Shown here: positions 30,358-38,686 of the stretch, in pieces
How positions within the stretch are numbered: the first letter of the stretch is position 1
Layout of the letters: each line of letters starts with the position of its first letter
Assembly (NCBI GenBank): GCA_963728075.1
Contig: CAVSIP010000005.1
Span: 202,151 to 266,150, forward strand
Origin: an uncultured Actinomycetota bacterium
Lineage (GTDB): Bacteria; Actinomycetota; Actinomycetes; JAFAQI01; DASSKL01
Length of the DNA stretch: 64,000 nt
Direction of reading: 5' to 3'
Program-made: the position numbers and the translations under genes
The notes under the pieces: generated by a model
Told to the model about the DNA's origin: nothing
The model's database searches: none
Seen by the model: the letters and a program-made list of their open reading frames with translations, nothing else

Positions 30358-31434
30358 ATGCAGCAGCGGATCGCCTCGACGCGCCTGCCGGATGGGACAT
30401 CCGTCGCCTACGCGACGGCTGGCTCGGGGCCACCTCTGCTGTTCATCGGTGGGTGGCTCAGCCACCTCGAGCTGAGCTGGGCGCTGCCACCCGAACGGCA
30501 CCTGCTGGAATCGCTGGCAGACGGCCGCACGCTCGTCCGGTACGACCGGCCCGGCTGCGGGTTGTCCGACCGCCGGGCCTTCGGACCGCCGTCACTCGAG
30601 ACGGAGCTGGCGACCGTCGCCGCCGTCATCACGGCAGCCGGTGTCGACCGCGCGGACATCCTCGGCAGCTCGCTCGGCGTCCCCGTGGCCCTCAGCTGGG
30701 CCGCGGAGCACCCGGACACGGTTGGCCGCCTGATCCTCTACGGGGGGTGGGCGCGTGGACGCGACATCGCCCCGCCCCCGGTTCGCGAGCACGTGGTCGG
30801 TCTCGTCGCCAGCCACTGGGGCCTGGGCGCCGCCGTCCTCACCGACATCTTCGCGCCGGACGCGCCGGCAACCACGCGTGCTGCCCTCGGCGCCTACCAG
30901 CGGCAGGCGTCCTCCGCCGCAATGGCCGCGGCCCTGCTGGACCTGTGCTACCGGGTCGACGTCGGCGGGTGTCTGCGTCACGTACAAGCGCCCACGCTCA
31001 TCCTGCACCGTGACGCTGACCGCGCCGCGCCGCTCGACCAGGCCCGGCTGATCGCCGCCGAGCTACCGAACGCTGAACTCCGCATCCTTCCCGGGCGATC
31101 ACACATGCCCTACATCGGCGATGTCGACGAGCTCGTTGCGTCGATCCGTGGCTTCCTGCGCCTGCCGGCGCGACCCGCATCGCCCTCTCCCGTGCTGACG
31201 CCCCGCCAGCGTCAGGTGGCCGAGCTCGTCACCGACGGGCTGACCAACCGGCAGATCGCCGAACGCCTGGGCATCCAGGAGCGCTCCGCCGAAGGGCACA
31301 TCGAGCGCATCCGACTCCGGCTGGGCGTCCGCTCCCGGGCACAGATCGCCGCATGGTGGGTTGCGACACGAGCTCGGCAGGCCTCTGGACCGGTCCTCCC
31401 CGACGTGCCGTCCACCAGCGTCGAGGCCTTGTAG
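30358..31434 (+). CDS. alpha/beta-hydrolase domain fused to LuxR-type HTH
   Basis: ATG 30358 follows GAAGGAGG. The hydrolase part has DRPGCGLSD and nucleophile elbow LGSSLGV. The C-terminus has [45 protein letters not shown]. Confidence 0.8.
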   Translation: MQQRIASTRLPDGTSVAYATAGSGPPLLFIGGWLSHLELSWALPPERHLLESLADGRTLVRYDRPGCGLSDRRAFGPPSLETELATVAAVITAAGVDRADILGSSLGVPVALSWAAEHPDTVGRLILYGGWARGRDIAPPPVREHVVGLVASHWGLGAAVLTDIFAPDAPATTRAALGAYQRQASSAAMAAALLDLCYRVDVGGCLRHVQAPTLILHRDADRAAPLDQARLIAAELPNAELRILPGRSHMPYIGDVDELVASIRGFLRLPARPASPSPVLTPRQRQVAELVTDGLTNRQIAERLGIQERSAEGHIERIRLRLGVRSRAQIAAWWVATRARQASGPVLPDVPSTSVEAL

Positions 31435-34267
31435 CGTCGGTCTGCTGCGCGTTAGCGTTCGGGCCCTGGACAGACAACGAGATCCGGTCTTCGTCGGGCG
31501 CTCGGATGAGCTGAAGCGTTTGACCGCCCTTGCGATGCAGGCTTCCGCGGGTCGTCCGTCGGCTGGTGTCGTGTTCGCCCAGGCGGGTCTGGGCAAGACG
31601 CGCCTGTTGGCCGAGGTCGCTCGTGGCCTGCCGTGGCCCCACGTGGACGTCCACGGCTACGAGCTCGCCCGAGACGTCCCGCTGGGGGCTGCGGCGGGCT
31701 TGCTGCGTGTGTTGTCGGCAGTACCAGCCGCAGGCGAGCGTCTGACCTCGCTGCTGCTCGGCAAGAGCGGACACGTCAGAGGGCTGCAGACCCTCCGGCT
31801 GTTCGAGGCCGCGTTCCGTTGCCTGACGAAGACCGGTCCGTTGTCGGTGATCGTCGACGACACCCAGTGGGCGGACCGCGAGACGTTGTCCCTGCTGCAC
31901 TACCTGCTCGCAGCCGCAACGACGACAGACCTCCCCCTTGTCGTTCTGTGCGCGAGCCGCCCAGCGCCGGGGTCGAGCGTCTTTGCGTCCGACCTGAGAC
32001 GACTGCTGGAGACCGACCGTTTCCTCGAGGTGCTGCTGGGCCCGCTCGACCGCGGCGAGGGCGTCGATCTCGTGCTGCGGCTGGCTCCTGAGCGCGAAGC
32101 AGAGGAGGCGGAGGACCTGTGGCTGCGGGCACAGGGCTCGCCGTTCTGGCTCGAGGCACTGGCCGGGCACGATCACCTCGAGGCGACTCCGGGCCAACTG
32201 GTCCACAACCGCCTGGGTGGTCTGGACGACGATGCCGGCCACCTGTTCGCGTTGCTCGTGGTCGCGGCGCAGCCGCTCGGCCTTCCGGAGGTCCAGGAGC
32301 TGCTCAGCTGGCCCGAGGAGCGCGTGCGCCGCGCCGTCGCCCCCCTGAGTAGTCAGGCCCTGGTCGTACACGACGCCGGGGCGATCCGGATCGCTCACGA
32401 CCTCATCCGGGAGGCGGCCGGCGCCGAGCTGCCCGAGGCAGAGCAGCGGCGCTTGCACCGACTGCTGGCCTCGTGGTTCGAGCAGGATGCCGGCGACGAC
32501 GTCATTCGCCTGTTCCGCGCCCTCGAGCATCGCCGTGCCTCGGGCGGTGCGACGTCTGAGCTGGCGACACGAATCGCCAGTTCGCCACAGCGGCGCCTGC
32601 TGGGGGGTGAGGGGCTGCGGACGCTAGGTGTCATTGCCGACTCGACGCCCCTCGACACCCCCTTGCGCCTCGAGGTCGCGGCCCTGGCGACGGAGCTCGG
32701 GGACTGGCCGGCGGCGCTGGAACGATGGGGCGCTCTCTCCGAGCGGCTCTCCGACCCCGGGGCGCGAGTCCACGCGGCGTTGGCCGCCGCAGCGGCAGCG
32801 TTCCGGCTCGGGCGGGCGGCGAACGTCCACGCACACGTCGCGCGGGCACGGCAGGACGCCGCAGGCCACCCGGTGGCTGCCGTCGAAGCCGACGCCCGTG
32901 AGGCGCAGGCACTTCTCTGGCTGGAGAACGAGGTCGCCCGAGCGCAGCCGGTAGTCGACCGCGCGGTCGACCTGGCGCAGCAGCTGGTGGTGCGAGCAGG
33001 CGGTCTCGGGGCACTGGACGACGAGCAGTGCCACGCCTACGTGGAGGCCGTGCGGGCGAAGCTCGACGCGGCGATACGGCGTGCCGATGCCACTACCGCC
33101 GCGCAGTGCGCGGTCCTCATCCAGACCGTTGCACGTGACCCGGCAGAGGCGCTGGCAGCGGCGTCCGACGGGGTCTTCTCGATGCTGCAGTTCGAGGGTC
33201 GACCACGAGAGGCCGAGCCGCGGGCCCGTCGCCTCCTCGCGGAGTCACGGCAGCTGGTCCTCCCGAACATCGAGGTCGAGGCGACGCACTGGGTCGGTTG
33301 GATCGCGCACCATCTCGGTCGTCTCGACGAGGCCGCCGAGATGCTGGAGCAGGCTGTCGGGCTGGCGGCTCGCGTGGGCGCCCCACGCCGGTTCACCGTC
33401 GCTCAGCTGCGGGCGATGGCGTGCAGTATCGCAGCCAGCCGGGACGACTGGCGTGGCAACGTCGCCGCGATCGAGCGCGCGATAGCGGCCGAGACCGACC
33501 CGCACTTCCGGCTCCTCATCCGACTGCTGCACGTCTGGCTGGTCGGGCGGTTCGCCGCACCGAGCGCGGCTCAGCTCGAGGCGCTGCTGCATGCCATGGC
33601 CGAGGACGCGGACCGCGCTGGATGTGACCGGTGCCGTTGGGAAACCGTCCTGTACGGTGCCGAGGCTCAGGCCCGCACCGGCGATGTCGCGGGAGCACGG
33701 GACGCCCTCGAGCGATGGGACGCCACGCATCACGCTCCGCGGGATGGGCTGAGAGTGCACCGGTCCTACGTGAGGGCGCTGGTCGAGATGCAGCGGGATC
33801 CGGCAGCCAGTCTCCCGATGTTCGCCCTGGCCGCCGCCGACGCGTCGGCAGTGGGGTATGAGCTGATGCGGCTGTGGATCGAACTGGACTCGGCCCTCGC
33901 GACCGCCCGCTTCGACCGAGCACGCGCCGTCGAGGCGCTCCGCCTTGCTGCGCGGAAGGCCGGAAACATCGGCGCATCGAGTGAGCAGCAGCTGGCGACG
34001 CACCAGTTGCGAGCCCTGGGCGTGCGCACGTGGCGCCGCGGAGGCGATGTCGCTCCCCTCACCGCACGAGAGGCGGAGATCGCCGCGCTGGTCGCCGCCG
34101 GGCAGTCCAACCCCGAGATCGCGAGCGCCCTGTTCCTCTCCCGGAAGACGGTGGAACGGCACGTCTCGAACATCCTGACCAAGTGCGGGGTGAGAAACCG
34201 GACCGAGCTCGCGCACCGTCTTCGCTCGCAGATCGACCCCACCATGGATGGGGGAGTTCCCCGATGA
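31361..34267 (+). CDS. large ATP-binding LuxR-family (LAL-type) regulator
   Basis: [11 protein letters not shown]...[18 protein letters not shown]-loop and C-terminal [45 protein letters not shown]. The start is uncertain: TTG 31361 overlaps the upstream gene, and the true start could be up to about 80 nt downstream. Confidence 0.85.
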   Translation: MRHELGRPLDRSSPTCRPPASRPCSVGLLRVSVRALDRQRDPVFVGRSDELKRLTALAMQASAGRPSAGVVFAQAGLGKTRLLAEVARGLPWPHVDVHGYELARDVPLGAAAGLLRVLSAVPAAGERLTSLLLGKSGHVRGLQTLRLFEAAFRCLTKTGPLSVIVDDTQWADRETLSLLHYLLAAATTTDLPLVVLCASRPAPGSSVFASDLRRLLETDRFLEVLLGPLDRGEGVDLVLRLAPEREAEEAEDLWLRAQGSPFWLEALAGHDHLEATPGQLVHNRLGGLDDDAGHLFALLVVAAQPLGLPEVQELLSWPEERVRRAVAPLSSQALVVHDAGAIRIAHDLIREAAGAELPEAEQRRLHRLLASWFEQDAGDDVIRLFRALEHRRASGGATSELATRIASSPQRRLLGGEGLRTLGVIADSTPLDTPLRLEVAALATELGDWPAALERWGALSERLSDPGARVHAALAAAAAAFRLGRAANVHAHVARARQDAAGHPVAAVEADAREAQALLWLENEVARAQPVVDRAVDLAQQLVVRAGGLGALDDEQCHAYVEAVRAKLDAAIRRADATTAAQCAVLIQTVARDPAEALAAASDGVFSMLQFEGRPREAEPRARRLLAESRQLVLPNIEVEATHWVGWIAHHLGRLDEAAEMLEQAVGLAARVGAPRRFTVAQLRAMACSIAASRDDWRGNVAAIERAIAAETDPHFRLLIRLLHVWLVGRFAAPSAAQLEALLHAMAEDADRAGCDRCRWETVLYGAEAQARTGDVAGARDALERWDATHHAPRDGLRVHRSYVRALVEMQRDPAASLPMFALAAADASAVGYELMRLWIELDSALATARFDRARAVEALRLAARKAGNIGASSEQQLATHQLRALGVRTWRRGGDVAPLTAREAEIAALVAAGQSNPEIASALFLSRKTVERHVSNILTKCGVRNRTELAHRLRSQIDPTMDGGVPR

Positions 34268-34367
34268 TCGGCCCCCCGCCGCCTCCTAACGTGGCGTAGT
34301 CCGGCATGGACCGGCGCAGTCGGCGACACAGCGTCCCTGCGCTGGGGCCAGGAAGGGACGATTCGCC

Positions 34368-34631
34368 ATGGAGCCGCTTCTCAACCGATACGTACAGCAG
34401 CAACGCATCGACGACTGGCACCGGGATGCCCAACGCTTCGCCCTCACCCGGCTGACGCGCGAGCGCCGCCGGGCCGCCCTTCGACGTCGGCTCGCGGCTC
34501 TGGCACCGCTCCGCCGGCGCACCGCGGTCGCTGCGCCCGCCACGCTGGAGGTCCCCGTCCCCCGCCCCGCGCCGGACGTCGTCATCGACCTCACCGAGCC
34601 GCAGCCCTCGCAGCCGTCCCCCACGAGCTGA
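34368..34631 (+). CDS. hypothetical small Arg-rich protein
   Basis: ATG after GGAAGGGA; 87 aa. The composition becomes low-complexity in the second half. Weak call. Confidence 0.3.
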   Translation: MEPLLNRYVQQQRIDDWHRDAQRFALTRLTRERRRAALRRRLAALAPLRRRTAVAAPATLEVPVPRPAPDVVIDLTEPQPSQPSPTS

Positions 34632-34878
34632 CCGGGGCTTGTCGAGCGCTGCGACCGCGACGGCAGCCCGGATGATCCCGGTGCTCCTGCATCAGCGGCG
34701 GCTCACGGCGCGCGTCAGCACCGGGCACGACGTCGGGCTGGACCGCCGGCATAATCGGGCCTATCGTGCAGTAACGCTTCGTGCTCCAGCCCCCGGCTAC
34801 GGCGGTTCAGTCGGCTGTCGACCGAGGTGGCGAGATGGACAGATCCAAGACGCTCGTGTCCGCACACGGCAGCGTGGG

Positions 34879-35175
34879 ATGAGCACGGCGCCGGCACCTC
34901 GCGGCCCGCGGACTCTCGCCGGCGAGGAGGCCGTCGTGGCGCTCGCCATCAACTCCGATCAGCTGCGCATCGCCGAGGAGCTGGCCGACACGGTCATCCG
35001 CGACCTGTTCGGTGTCGGACTGACGCTGCAGCAGGCGCTCGGCCACGTCAGCGGGTCGGCAGCCGAACCGTTGGTCGAGGCGATCGACGGGCTCGACCGG
35101 ATCATCCGCTCGGTCCGCGATGTTGTCTTCGACCTGTCCCGGCCAGCGCGTCCCGTGCGCCCGCCGCGCGACTAG
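34879..35175 (+). CDS. stand-alone HisKA_3-like dimerisation (DHp) domain protein lacking the phospho-acceptor His
   Basis: LRIAEELADTVIRDLFGVGLTLQQAL...LVEAIDGLDRIIRSVRDVVFDL aligns by eye to DevS/DosT-type RIARDLHDHVIQRLFAxGLxLQ, with His replaced by Ala. No ATPase domain follows. Confidence 0.55.
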   Translation: MSTAPAPRGPRTLAGEEAVVALAINSDQLRIAEELADTVIRDLFGVGLTLQQALGHVSGSAAEPLVEAIDGLDRIIRSVRDVVFDLSRPARPVRPPRD

Positions 35176-35450
35176 TCGCGGCCCCACGACCCGAGCCGCC
35201 GCCTGTTCTCGCGGGCTGTCTCGTCCCGTCGCTGCCGGTCAGCGTCATCAACCGAGATCGCCACCAGCGCGATCGCGGCGATCTGCCGAATCTGCGCGTC
35301 GGAGAACTCGCTCAGACTGCCTATCCGCTGCACGACGCGCTCGATGGCGGAGTCGTCCGCGCCCAGGCGCCGGCGGGCTACGTCGCGCCCCTCGTCGACC
35401 GGGTCCCTCCCGGCGCTCGATGATCGACGTGTCCGGCGCTCCGGCGTCAT
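35172..35450 (-). CDS. hypothetical small protein (92 aa)
   Basis: MTPERRTRR...AIERVVQRIGSLSEFSDAQIRQIAAIALVAISVDD has good GC3. Its ATG overlaps (ATGA) the stop of an upstream mini-ORF that starts inside the conserved element at 35635. Confidence 0.45.
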   Translation of the reverse strand: MTPERRTRRSSSAGRDPVDEGRDVARRRLGADDSAIERVVQRIGSLSEFSDAQIRQIAAIALVAISVDDADRQRRDETARENRRRLGSWGRD

Positions 35451-35626
35451 CGGGGTCCGGTTCTGGCCCTGCCCGGACGCGCGCGCCCCGCCCGCTGGGT
35501 CATCGGATCGCGGGCACCCTCGCGAGGACGGGACCGTCGTGCTCGGCGCCGGAGCTCGTCGAGGTAGGCGCGAACTCGGTCGAGGACACTTCGATTGGCC
35601 GAGGTGCCCGTGCTGACGTTGGCGCT

Positions 35627-35667
35627 GGATCCCATCGGGACCACCGATCTCCACTCAGAAGCGAGTG
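35627..35667 (-). promoter_or_regulatory. conserved leader element, copy B
   Basis: Plus strand GGATCCCATCGGGACCACCGATCTCCACTCAGAAGCGAGTG matches copy A at 38307-38345 at 34 of 41 positions. Two hairpins with compensatory changes, a GGAG, and an ATG at 35635-35633 in the second hairpin. Confidence 0.5.
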
Positions 35668-35769
35668 ACCTACGGTCGGACGGACTGGACCGACATGCGT
35701 GAGCCTACTCGGCAACCGCGACACCGTGAGGCGCTCACGTAACGCGGTCGCGTTCACGGAGGACCTGTG

Positions 35770-35937
35770 ATGAGCAAACACGCGGTCGGGGCGCTCTATG
35801 CGCTGTCGATGGCAGCCGTCGTCGTAGGGGTCGATGTGCTGTTCTTCCGACATCACCTGTGGGAGCGACTCGCAGCGAACGTCGGCATCATCCTGCTCTT
35901 CGCCGCGTTCTACTTCCGGTTCCTGAACCGTTCCTGA
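35770..35937 (+). CDS. small membrane protein (55 aa, below ORF-track cutoff)
   Basis: My translation is MSKHAVGALYALSMAAVVVGVDVLFFRHHLWERLAANVGIILLFAAFYFRFLNRS. It has two hydrophobic helices and GC3-biased codons. Confidence 0.45.
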   Translation: MSKHAVGALYALSMAAVVVGVDVLFFRHHLWERLAANVGIILLFAAFYFRFLNRS

Positions 35938-36106
35938 GTGGGCGACCAGCCGGCCGCCTTGCCCGGGTCAGCGGTCCGGCGTAGCCTCGCCACCAGCCGG
36001 CATCGCATGCAGCTGGTCAGGTTGGGAGGCGACGTCGAGCGGACGTGCTGAGCAGACAGCACCCCGGGGTCCAGACTGTGCGCCCCCAACCGTCCGCTCG
36101 GGCAGG

Positions 36107-36859
36107 TCAGCGTCGACCAAGGTCGAGGTCGCCCCTGACGACCATGTCGGCGACGTCGGTGAGCTTCTGGTTGCGGTCGCGAGCGTGACTGCGCAGGGCC
36201 TCGAACGCCCGCTCCATGTCGACGCTGTGCCGCTCGGCCAGTACGCCCTTGGCCTGCTCGATGAGGACGCGGCTGTTCAGGGCGTGCTGCAGCTGCTCGG
36301 CCAGCAGCTCGCTGCGATGCGCGGAACGACGCTGCAGGATGCCGATGGTCGCCACGTCGGCCAGCGCTTGGGCCAGCCGCTGCCGTTCCGTCCCGATCGA
36401 CTGTGCCTCGGCGTGGAAGAGGTTCAGCCCGCCGATCATCTGCCGCCGCAGCCGTAACGGCACCGCCACCACCGACCGGAACCCGGCGCTCAGTGCTGCC
36501 GGGACGAAGACCGGCCAGCGGTGCGCGTCGTCTGCGAGTGAGGGGCTGACGACGGCGTCACCGCGGCGGAAGCAGTCGAGGCAGGGACCCTCGTCGTTCT
36601 GCAGCTGGAAGATCTCCAGCAGGCGAGTCTCCTCACTGGACGAGGCGACGACCTGCAGGGTGCCACGCTGGTCGTCGAGGAGCAGACCCGCAGCCGTCAC
36701 CCCGAGCAGCGACACGCATGCCTCGACCAGCCGGTCGAGCAGCTCGATGACGTCATAGTCGTCGACGAGGGTGTCGGCCAGGGTGACGAACGTGTCGGCC
36801 AGCGATTGTTCCCTGGTCGTCGGCTGGGCTGCACCGCCGTTGGCCGAGTTGTCGCTCAT
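36107..36859 (-). CDS. GAF-ANTAR RNA-binding antiterminator-type regulator
   Basis: N-terminal GAF (DEGPCLDCFRRGDAV...VVAVPLRLRRQMIGGLNLF). C-terminal ANTAR (ALNSRVLIEQAKGVLAERHSVDMERAFEALRSHARDRNQKLTDVA). Confidence 0.9.
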   Translation of the reverse strand: MSDNSANGGAAQPTTREQSLADTFVTLADTLVDDYDVIELLDRLVEACVSLLGVTAAGLLLDDQRGTLQVVASSSEETRLLEIFQLQNDEGPCLDCFRRGDAVVSPSLADDAHRWPVFVPAALSAGFRSVVAVPLRLRRQMIGGLNLFHAEAQSIGTERQRLAQALADVATIGILQRRSAHRSELLAEQLQHALNSRVLIEQAKGVLAERHSVDMERAFEALRSHARDRNQKLTDVADMVVRGDLDLGRR

Positions 36860-37521
36860 GAGTCCTCCGAGGTAAAGCGTAGACGGCGCGCGACCACGTC
36901 AGCGGCGAGCTCACTCAGGGCACGGCCGGAGGCGAACGCTCGGGCGCGCAGCACGACGAACGCCTGCTCGACCGGGATGCCGAGCTGGACCATGACCATT
37001 CCGGTTGCCTGGTGGACTGCCGGTGTGAACGAGCGGACGGAGCGCGCGCCGGCACCGAAGGCACCATCACTGGGGTCGAGTTCCAGCAGCGCGAGCGCCG
37101 CGGCTTGTGCGGCCGACAGCGCCACGGACATCTGCTCGGCCGCGAGCCCGCCGGGACGGATGCGATACAGGTCGAGCACTCCTACTCCGATAGCGCCGAT
37201 GCGAAGCGGCAAGGCGAAGACCGCCCGCACCCCTGCCGCGTCGGCAGCGGCCATGAACAACGGCCAGCGGTCCACCGCGACGCCATCGGGCTCGGCCAGA
37301 TCTGGTACAAGGACCGGGGCGAAGCCGGCAGCGGCGTCGACGCAGGGTCCCTCGCCCAACGTCAGCTGCGCATCTTCGATCTCTGCCGCCACCTCGTCGG
37401 TCGCGCAGACCATCCCCCGGTTACCCGCGGCGGTCACGATGGAGATACCGGCACCGGTCACGTCCAGCAGCTCCACACACATCTGGCAGATGCGTAGCGG
37501 CTGCTGGTCTGGCTCTGTCAT
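36856..37521 (-). CDS. GAF-ANTAR regulator (second, tandem copy)
   Basis: GEGPCVDAAAGFAPVLVPDL...VFALPLRIGAIGVGVLDLY (GAF) and AVHQATGMVMVQLGIPVEQAFVVLRARAFASGRALSELA (ANTAR). The stop overlaps the next start. The start is set at ATG 37521. Confidence 0.85.
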   Translation of the reverse strand: MTEPDQQPLRICQMCVELLDVTGAGISIVTAAGNRGMVCATDEVAAEIEDAQLTLGEGPCVDAAAGFAPVLVPDLAEPDGVAVDRWPLFMAAADAAGVRAVFALPLRIGAIGVGVLDLYRIRPGGLAAEQMSVALSAAQAAALALLELDPSDGAFGAGARSVRSFTPAVHQATGMVMVQLGIPVEQAFVVLRARAFASGRALSELAADVVARRLRFTSEDS

Positions 37522-37686
37522 GGCCGCGGCCGGCATCCACCCGATGACGAGGATGCCGGCGCCGGGCGGAAAGTCACCGACTCCTTCCTGGTACCCCCGG
37601 ACCCGAGTGGGCATGAACAGGTCGTATGTCGGTACGGTCCGGACGGCCGCCGTAGTCGACCCACCCGCCCCCGAAGGGTCGATGCC

Positions 37687-38106
37687 ATGTCCAGCCCATT
37701 GCGGCAGTCCCCGACCTGCGCGCCGGCCGCGACCGCGACCCAGGTACGTCTGCACCTGGCGCCCCACGGACGGTCCTGCCGTGCGGCCCGGCAGGCGGTA
37801 CAGGCGTTCTGCGCCGACAACGGGATCGCGGCCCTGTCCGAGGACGGCGAGCTGCTCACGTCCGAGCTCGTCGCCAACGCGGTCGAGCATGCGAAGGGCC
37901 AGATCCTGCTGGTCCTGACAGACGGAGACGACATGCTCACCGTCAGCGTCTGCGACCAGTCATCGGCTCCACGCGGACTGCTCGGCCACCTCCCGGACGA
38001 CCTCGCCGAGCGCGGGCGCGGGACGTTCGTGGTCGCCACCCTGGCCGGCGCATGGGGCACCGCACCATGCGCCCACGGCAGGTGCGTCTGGTTCCGACTG
38101 CCCTGA
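37687..38106 (+). CDS. RsbW/SpoIIAB-like anti-sigma factor serine kinase (HATPase_c_2)
   Basis: AARQAVQAFC...ELLTSELVANAVEHA...LTVSVCDQS...ERGRGTFVVATLAGAWG is typical of single-domain anti-sigma kinases. Confidence 0.8.
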   Translation: MSSPLRQSPTCAPAATATQVRLHLAPHGRSCRAARQAVQAFCADNGIAALSEDGELLTSELVANAVEHAKGQILLVLTDGDDMLTVSVCDQSSAPRGLLGHLPDDLAERGRGTFVVATLAGAWGTAPCAHGRCVWFRLP

Positions 38107-38118
38107 CCGTCCGACCCG

Positions 38119-38256
38119 CTACTTGGCGCGCTGATTCGGGTGGACGATCGCGGCGATCTCCGGCGCAGCACTCGGCGGTGTCTGCCCCTTGGTCTTCTTG
38201 TTCCGGTCCGCCTTCGGCTTGCGCACCTCGCGCCCGCCCTTGTTCTTGCTGGCCAT
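38119..38256 (-). CDS. small basic protein (45 aa)
   Basis: MASKNKGGREVRKPKADRNKKTKGQTPPSAAPEIAAIVHPNQRAK. ATG follows AGGAGAA and shares its A with the TGA of a 19-codon upstream ORF. Confidence 0.5.
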   Translation of the reverse strand: MASKNKGGREVRKPKADRNKKTKGQTPPSAAPEIAAIVHPNQRAK

Positions 38257-38306
38257 CACTTCTCCTGACCGACGTCGGAGCGCCTCAGGCGACGACACAC
38301 GCGTTC

Positions 38307-38345
38307 GGGTCCCACCGGGACCGCCAATCTCCACTCGCAAGCGAG
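38307..38345 (-). promoter_or_regulatory. conserved leader element, copy A
   Basis: Plus strand GGGTCCCACCGGGACCGCCAATCTCCACTCGCAAGCGAG(CG). Same architecture as copy B, with GTG at 38315-38313 in the position of copy B's ATG. A TAGGCT -10-like box lies upstream at 38378-38383. Confidence 0.5.
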
Positions 38346-38394
38346 CGGGCGAGAACCCCACGTTGGGGCTGGGACAGAGCCTACCAACGATGTG

Positions 38395-38550
38395 CTATGC
38401 CGCGCGTCTCGTGATGATCCACGTGAGGTCGGCCGGCTCGCGGCGGAAGATGAGCTCCGATCGAGGGCCGGTCTCGTCGAGCAGGTCGATGAGCAAGGTC
38501 AGCGGCATCCGGGTACGCAGCCACTCCATGGGGTCGGGCAGCAGGCTCAT
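38395..38550 (-). CDS. hypothetical small protein (51 aa)
   Basis: MSLLPDPMEWLRTRMPLTLLIDLLDETGPRSELIFRREPADLTWIITRRAA. ATG is preceded by GGGGAGG. Confidence 0.4.
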   Translation of the reverse strand: MSLLPDPMEWLRTRMPLTLLIDLLDETGPRSELIFRREPADLTWIITRRAA

Positions 38551-38686
38551 AGGAACCTCCCCTCGCCCTCTGTGTATCGATCCCGGCAGACCGCCAGCAC
38601 AGACCCGAAAGGGTGACACAGCGCCGCAACCCGGGTATGCGGGCACGAGCAGTCCAGCCGCGCCGACGCACATCTTGGAGGGTCAG

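Noticed and set aside
35447-35644. Calling the 62-65-aa ORF that starts in leader copy B as a bona fide protein gene
   Set aside because: The first half looks protein-like but the second half is Arg-rich. Another frame (ending at 35500) also has high GC3 over part of the region, so the coding frame cannot be decided from sequence alone. It is reported only as a uORF hypothesis.
35627-35667. Interpreting the duplicated element as an ANTAR target or as a DosR box
   Set aside because: The hexaloops (GCUUCU, GCUUGC) lack the A1/G4 ANTAR signature, and the second hairpin has a triloop. The GTCCC-N3-GGGAC arrangement has the half-sites in the opposite order and spacing to the DosR box.
38612-38638. 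SigF/SigB-like promoter (GGTGAC-15 nt-GGGTAT) upstream of the DUF4396 gene, next to the RsbW-like kinase
   Set aside because: The -35 part is a poor match and it is a single occurrence, so this is too speculative to call.
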